Source: an uncultured Gemmatimonadales bacterium (GTDB taxonomy: Bacteria > Gemmatimonadota > Gemmatimonadetes > Gemmatimonadales > GWC2-71-9). Taken from it: 64,000 nucleotides of DNA. Positions within the stretch are counted from its first letter, which is position 1, and each line of letters opens with the position of its first letter. The notes under the pieces are model-generated. The model was not told the origin of the DNA. It saw only the letters and a list, made by a program, of their open reading frames with translations, and made no database searches. The position numbers and the translations under genes are program-made. Below, in pieces: positions 58,383-64,000 of the stretch. The stretch spans positions 27,813 to 91,812 of the forward strand of contig CAWILD010000001.1 in NCBI GenBank assembly GCA_963836815.1, in the 5' to 3' direction.

Positions 58383-59236
58383 GCCGCGCGGAAGCGACCC
58401 TGCAGGCAGCGGCCTGGAGCGCTTCGCCGACGGAGTCGGGCCAGGGCGAGGAGCCCGATGCGCTCGAGGCGTTCCGCGAGCTCAAGGAGGCGCTCAACGC
58501 GGGGCACCGTGCGCGCCGCCGAGCGGGCGCGGATGGACGCTGGCACGCCAACGCCTGGGTCAAGGCCGGTATCCTGCTCGGCTTCCGCCTCGGCCGGATG
58601 GGACCGGCGGCCCCGGGCGGCCCGTTTCCGTTCTACGACAAGGACACCTACCCGCTTCGCGCCATTGGGCCCGAACGATGGCGTCCGGGTGGTGCCCGGA
58701 GGGCTCGGCGATCCGGGACGGCTGCTACGTCGCGCGCGGGCGTCGTGTGCATGCCCCCGATGTACATCAACGTCGGCGCGTACGTGGACGAAGGCACCAT
58801 GGTGGACTCCCACGCCCTGGTGGGCTCCTGCGCCCAGATCGGCAAGCGGGTGCACCTGAGCGCGCGGCGGCCCAGATCGGCGGGGTGCTGGAGCCGGCGG
58901 GCGCGCTGCCGGTGATCATCGAGGACGAGGCGCTGGTCGGCGGGAACTGCGGGGTGTACGAGGGCACCGTCGTGCGCGAGCGCGCGGTGCTCGCGCCGGG
59001 GACCCTGCTCACCGGAGGAACAGCGGTGTTCGACCTGGTGCGGGACCGGGTCTACCGGCGCGAGGGCGATCGGCCGCTGGAGATTCCGGCGGGCGCCGTC
59101 GTGGTGCCGGGGACGCGCATGGTCCGTAGCGGCGTCGGGGCGCGCGAGGGCATCGGCGCTGTACGCCCCGGTGATCGTGAAGTATCGCGACGAGCGGACG
59201 GACGCCGCCGTCCAGCTGGAAGACCTGCTCAGGTAA
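58379..59236 (+). pseudogene. dapD: tetrahydrodipicolinate N-succinyltransferase, at least seven frame breaks
   Basis: GTG 58379 (GTGA overlap). ..GTVRAAERA..WHANAWVKAGILLGFRL.., ..FYDKDTYP.., ..[70 protein letters not shown].. and ..[25 protein letters not shown] followed by the stop (59234-36). Breaks at ~58502, ~58528 (missing), ~58672, ~58703, ~58741, ~58862 (missing) and ~59157. Confidence 0.85.
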
Positions 59237-59240
59237 CGCG

Positions 59241-59663
59241 ATGGCCACCCACACCCACTACCTCTGGTTCGAGACCAAGAAGCGCCAGGAGATCATCGAC
59301 ATCACCGGCGAGGTCGAGGAGCAGGTGCGCGCGAGCGGGGTTCGCGAGGGCTTCGTGCTCGTGTCGGCGATGCACATCAGCGCCTCGGTCTTCGTCAACG
59401 ACCACGAGTCGGGGCTCTGGCAGGACATCCTGAAATGGCTGGAGGAGACGATCGCGCCGTGGGACCCGGACCGGTACCGGCACAACGAGACCGGGGAGGA
59501 CAACGCGGCGGCCCACCTGCGCAGCCTCACCGTGGGTCACGAGGTGATCGTGCCGATCACGGACGGGAAGCTCGACTTCGGGCCCTGGCAGCGGGTGTTC
59601 TACGGGGAGTGGGACGGTCAACGGCGCAAGCGGGTGATCATCAAGGTGATGGGCGACCGCTGA
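59241..59663 (+). CDS. YjbQ/UPF0047-family protein
   Basis: 140 aa. ..[12 protein letters not shown].., ..NAAAHLRS.. and ..[16 protein letters not shown]... Intact. Confidence 0.8.
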   Translation: MATHTHYLWFETKKRQEIIDITGEVEEQVRASGVREGFVLVSAMHISASVFVNDHESGLWQDILKWLEETIAPWDPDRYRHNETGEDNAAAHLRSLTVGHEVIVPITDGKLDFGPWQRVFYGEWDGQRRKRVIIKVMGDR

Positions 59664-59680
59664 CGAGATCGGTCGATCCC

Positions 59681-62602
59681 TCAGTCTCGAGGTTCACCTG
59701 CAAGGCGCGCCAACCCCTCTCTGGCCTCGGTCACGTACGGCTGAAGTCCCGAGTCGGCATGGCGCCAGACGTCGGCGACGTACTGGTAGTCGCGGGCCGC
59801 CTTGTTGCGGTCACCCAGCCGCTCGGCCACGCGGCCGCGCTCCAGAGTCCAGAGAACCTGGCTCGGCACCAGCAGCTCTATCAGCCAACGGTCCAGCAGC
59901 TTCGCCGCCTTCTGGTCGTCATGCCTGGCCGAGAGGAGCTGCGCGAGGGTCAGGCGTTCGAAATAGCAGATGGGACACAGCGAGTCCGGCAACTCCTCGA
60001 AACGCCGCACCGCGGTCGCTGTGTCCCGCCGCACCAGCGCCAGATAGGCAAGCGCCGCCTCCGCGGCGTACGCCGCGAGGTCGCGATCGACGCCGGCCGG
60101 TAATGAGCGGGACGCCGAATCCCCTAGCCGCTTGAGCGCCCGGATCGACCCGCTGTCCCGTTGGGCCGCCCACCACGGTAGAGCGTGCGCCGCCGCGATG
60201 ATCGGACCGGTCAGCGAGCCAACGCCGGAACACGGGGGCCGCGCTATCTGGGGGCGCCGTGCTCAGGAGGGCCGCCTCGACCAGTTGCGGGGGAATGCTC
60301 ATGGGGTTCTCAAAGAGAATCTTCGTGCCGTCCCTGACCCGCCCGCGGTAAAGCATCGTCACACCGAGTCATTCGCACGCGTTCTGGCGGTGTGACGCCA
60401 CCGTTCATTCCCTGGCGGTGCGGCCGCGAAGGCGCGCGCGATCTCGATGCCCGATTCGGCCGAATCCCCCACCCGGCGCAGAATCACCCACGCATCATCC
60501 AGCGCGCTGGGCGAGGCATGCCGCAACAGCCGCGGGATGTCCGCCGGTCGAGCTCTGGTTGCCTCCAGGACCTGCGCGGCCAAAGCCATGCCGGATGAGG
60601 ACTCGTCAGTCGGGACCAATGCGAGGTACTTCTTCGCATATCCGGCTCCTGCCTCGGGGCCTTCGAGCCACGAAGCCAGCTCGACCGCGTGGATGTATGA
60701 CGGGACGAACGAGGAGTCGCTCGCGATGGCGTGGGCGAAGGCCTCGAGCGCCAGGCGAGGAGAGCTCCCCCCGAGCTGCCGAGATGATACCGAGCCTCTC
60801 CCAGGGCATACCACGACTCGAAGTCGTCCGGGTATCGACGGGTGAGCTCTTGCGCGACCGCATGGACCCGCCGGATGATCGACCAGTCCACGACCGGAAT
60901 CGTCCTGTACGGCGCTGCGCGAACAGCGAGTCGGCGGTCACGAGCAGACTGTCCCGAGGGGCGAGCCCGTGATTCAGCGCACCCGCCCGCAGCGCCAGAG
61001 CCTGGTAGAGCGAATCGGAGGTCGAACGCTGCCAGCCCAGGACCTGTCCGGCGCGCCGGAGGGCGAGCGGGAACGCGCTGTCGAGCGCGATGGCCTGTTC
61101 ATAAGAGGCCAAGCGCCGAATCCCACGCCGCCCGCCGGAACCACTGCTCGCCATGGAGGAAAGCCTTTAGTGCCGGCAGCGAGGTGGATCCAAGCGAAGC
61201 CGTCCGGAACGCCTCGATTCGGCGAGTGCGACCCAGCTCGCGCAGCAGCCGCACCGTAAGGGAGTCACTCAGCCGGTCCATGCGATCGGCCGCGTCACGG
61301 AGCTCGATTTCGGCGATGGGACGCTGCTCCTGCACGTCGAGCGCCGTGACCGTAAGGCGCGCCGAATCGGGCCCGGCCCGGATCAGTGCTTCCAAACACC
61401 AGGAGACGCGCGCCCGTGCTCCGGCCCAGCGCCACCGCGGAGGGCCGATCGGCGCGACCCCTCCAGCGGCGAATAACCGTCGTGGGAGGCACGCTCCGGA
61501 GCGGGCCGGCCCCGTCCAGGTTCCGTGAGAGAAGGTCTACCAGGCCCTCACGCCAAAGCGACAGCTTCGGGATCGGGAACATCGAACGGTGCCACGGCGA
61601 TCAGGTCGGGGTCGAGTGACCCGGAATCCCGCGATTCCGGGTCATGAAGTATCCAGCTATGGCGACGACTAGCACCGACACCCAGCGCTACGAGAGCGCC
61701 GGCTCGGCCGCCAGGCGAGCGGTTTCCGGTGGAGGAGCCGTCACGCCGGTCGCTCGCGCAGCCTCGCCAGGCGTGCCCAGCCCCTCGATCGCCTTGAGCA
61801 AGTCCGCCGCACTCTGCCAGCGGTCGGCGGGTCTCTTCTCCAGACAGCGCATCACTATGGTGGCGAGAGCCGGAGGCACGCTGGCGCGCGATTCGGCGAG
61901 CGGCGGCGGTGCCCGAGTGAGCTGCGCCGCAATGATCGCCTGGGGAGAGGGACCGGTGAAGGGAGGCCGACCCGCGAGGATTTCGTATCCCAGGACACCG
62001 AAGGCGTAGATGTCGGCACGCTGGTCGGTGTGGGGGTCCGCCGCGGCCTGCTCGGGTGCCATATAGGCGGGGTGCCGAGGGCCAGACCGGTCGCTGTGAG
62101 GGAGGACTGTCCGCGCCGCCTCGTCCAGCGCCTTGGCCACCCCGAAGTCGGTCACCAGGGCATGATGGTCGGAGAGCAGCACGTTGTCCGGCTTGATATC
62201 GCGATGGACCAGTCCGTGGCGGTGGGCGTAGCTCAGCGCGTCCGCCACGTCGCGCAGGATGCGCGCGGACTCGGCCACGGGCAGCTCGCCTTCTCGCGCG
62301 AGCCTCGCCCGGAGGGACTCGCCCTCGACCAGCGGCATGGTGTAGTACAGGAGATCGCCGGCGTGACCGGCGGCCAGCAGCGGGACAATGTGAGGATGCT
62401 GTAGCGAGGCCGCGAGCTGGATCTCTCGGCGGAACCGTTCGATGCTCAGGCCTGCTGCCAGATCCGGGGGCAGGACCTTGATCACGACCTTCCGGCCGAG
62501 GTCGGTCTCTTCGGCAACGAAGACGCGACTCATACCCCCACCGCCCAGCTCGCGCTCGAGCACGTAGCGGTCGGCCAAGGCGGCCTGGAGGCGATTGAGC
62601 AT
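59681..62602 (-). pseudogene. Ser/Thr protein kinase with TM helix and long TPR-like C-terminal domain, many frame breaks
   Basis: ATG 62602. The Hanks kinase domain (GGGGMSRVF..VVIKVL, HRDIKPDNVLL, DFGVAKA, ..YMAPEQ) spans 61688-62602. The protein continues past an in-frame TAG (61688-90) through ..LVVAIAGYFM.., ..LIAVAPFDVPDPKLSLWREGLVDLLSRNL.. and helical repeats. These lie in track ORFs 61295-61582, 61099-61395, 60606-61154, 60484-60891, 60359-60814, 59919-60362 and 59681-60034, each in a different frame from its neighbour. Confidence 0.75.
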
Positions 62603-62694
62603 GTCGATCAGCGGGGAGTCCCGAGAGCTACGCTATAGGCTACTGCCGTGGTCTTTTCTCGGCCAGTGATCGGCCGGAGCGGTGGGAGGAGTAG

Positions 62695-64000
62695 TCAGGG
62701 CGATGGGCGACCCTTGAGCGTGGCGCGTACGTCCGTCCCCGACAGCTTCGCCACCAGAGTTCCCTGGCCCGTCTTCGCGGTCACCTTCCACACTACCGAC
62801 GCGCGCCCGCTCGAGTTCGTCACTACTCGCGCCGAGGACAAGGTTCCGCCCGGTCGGACTGAACGTCACGGTCCGGTCCGCCACCGGGTTGCCGTAGGCG
62901 TCGGCCACCTCGACCACCACGGGCTTGGCCGTCGATTTACCTGTCGTCGCAGAAGCCGTGATGAACTTCATGCTGACCGGATTACCCGCCCGGGCTCGGG
63001 CGGTGGCCTCCACGGCGGAGTCGTGCCCGGCCACGCGAACCGCGAGCCGCTGGGATCCGGCGGTCTGCCCGAGCGTCCACTGGATCCGCCCCAATCCTGC
63101 CGAGTCGGTGGTGATCGAGGGTGTCCGCGGCGCGTCCCGCGGCCGCGGTTACGGCGATGGACGCGCCGGCCACCGCGTTGCCGTGGCGGTCGAGCGCCCG
63201 AACCACGACGGGCTGCGCCAGCGCCTTGCCGACTGTTCCACTCTGACGGTCGCCGCCGCGGATCGCGACCGACACCGCCGCTCCCGCGCGTGCCATGGCG
63301 TGGCCGGTGAAGGGCGGGACGAGCCGGGCGTTCCCGACCTGCGCCCGGACCCGCTGGCGGCCCGCCTTGGGGCCCAGGACCCACCGGGCGCGCGCCTCGC
63401 CGAGGGAATCGGTGCGGGTGCCCAGCCCGGTCACGGCGCCGCCGTCCGGAGTGCTCCAGGTGACCGGGACGTCCGCCAATGCGAGTCCGAGCGAATCGGT
63501 GACGCGGATGACGACGGGTTCCGCGAGCGAGTCCGACACCTGAGCGGAGAGGGTATCCTCGACCATCGCGACTCGCGTGTTCGCCGCGACCGGGTCCGCT
63601 TCCGCCGTCAGGACCGGCGAGACCGAGACGCCCTCGACTTGCAGCGCCAGCTGCTGGCGCCCCGGCACCGCGCCCAGGGTCCAGGTGGCCTGCACCATGC
63701 CGCGGGCATCCGAAGTATCCACCTCGGGCTGCACGGTTCCCTGAGCGCTGCGAAGGACCAGCGAGACCGGAACGCCCGCCACCGGCCGGCCCGTGCGAGA
63801 CACGACCTGGGCCGAGATCGGTGCCGCCAGCGATTTACCCGCGGGGGCACGCTGGTCCTCGCCGGCGACCACCGTGATCGAGGCTGGAACGGGGACCACT
63901 TCGACCGGCAGCGTGGCGCGGAGCTGGTCGAAGGTCGCCGTGAGGCTGCTCCGCCCCGGGCTCACGCCGGTCCACCTCCCCTGCGCTGTCCACGGTCGCG
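62695..64000 (-). pseudogene. bacterial Ig-like (Big_1/invasin-type) repeat protein, 5' partial, two frame breaks
   Basis: Repeated units ..SITVVAGEDQRAPAGKSLAAPISAQVVSRTGRPVAGVPVSL.., ..RGGDRQSGTVGKALAQPVVVRALDRHGNAVAGASIAV.. and ..GKSTAKPVVVEVADAYGNPVADRTVTF... Breaks at ~63110 and ~62855. After the second break the frame ends ..VWKVTAKTGQGTLVAKLSGTDVRATLKGRPSP with a stop at 62695-97. The frame is open to the window edge. Confidence 0.6.

Noticed and set aside
55393-62602. Programmed ribosomal frameshifting, transcriptional slippage/RNA editing, or genuine pseudogenisation as the explanation for the frame breaks.
   Set aside because: There are far too many sites (about one per 100-150 nt). 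I could see no shared slippery heptamer or stimulatory structure, and both +1 and -1 events occur. The amino-acid motifs are unsubstituted and there are no accompanying nonsense or deletion scars. Consensus indel error is the parsimonious reading, although only reads can prove it.

Overview
This is a very GC-rich bacterial chromosomal segment; codon third positions are almost all G/C. The gene content, the kinase architecture and the repeat family remind me of Gemmatimonadota-like bacteria, but that is only an impression. It holds about 60 tightly packed protein genes, many with 1-4 nt start/stop overlaps (ATGA/GTGA/TTGA).

The content is overwhelmingly housekeeping:
- trpE, an FHA-GAF-cyclase, maf-dtd, a CPA2 antiporter, glmS-glmM, an HD-GYP response regulator, purD and mutM.
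- ubiE-ubiA-ubiX and two ECF sigma/anti-sigma modules with envelope proteins.
- apbC-nifU, nrnA, guaB flanked by two APC permeases, gpmI, queD and mobA-mobB-moeA.
- htpX-terC, an MFS gene, and an M20 peptidase-asd-lysC-dapB-dapA-dapD block.
- yjbQ, a long Ser/Thr kinase and a 5'-partial Ig-like repeat protein.

I saw no rRNA, tRNA, CRISPR array, transposase, integrase or recognisable defence genes.

Non-coding highlights:
- A yybP-ykoY (Mn2+) type riboswitch with a terminator platform in front of htpX-terC.
- A candidate leader-peptide attenuator in front of the aspartate/DAP operon.
- A REP/MITE-like palindromic element in four copies.
- Hairpins built from tandem heptamers.
- An 11-nt-phased triple direct repeat shared by two neighbouring upstream regions.

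The dominant oddity is sequence integrity. Positions 1-27 kb read cleanly except trpE (two further suspected 5'-end indels at ~20.2 and ~22.8 kb are listed in findings). Positions 28-53 kb carry roughly two dozen isolated single-base frame breaks. Positions 55.4-63 kb (lysC, dapB, dapA, dapD, the kinase, the Ig-like protein) are saturated with them, although the encoded motifs stay perfectly conserved. I interpret this as consensus or assembly indel error rather than biology. Such genes are called pseudogene (frameshifted) with the intended product.

I did not find a convincing novel multi-gene system; the best follow-up candidates are in findings. All frame-break positions were derived by eye and are approximate (+-5 nt).
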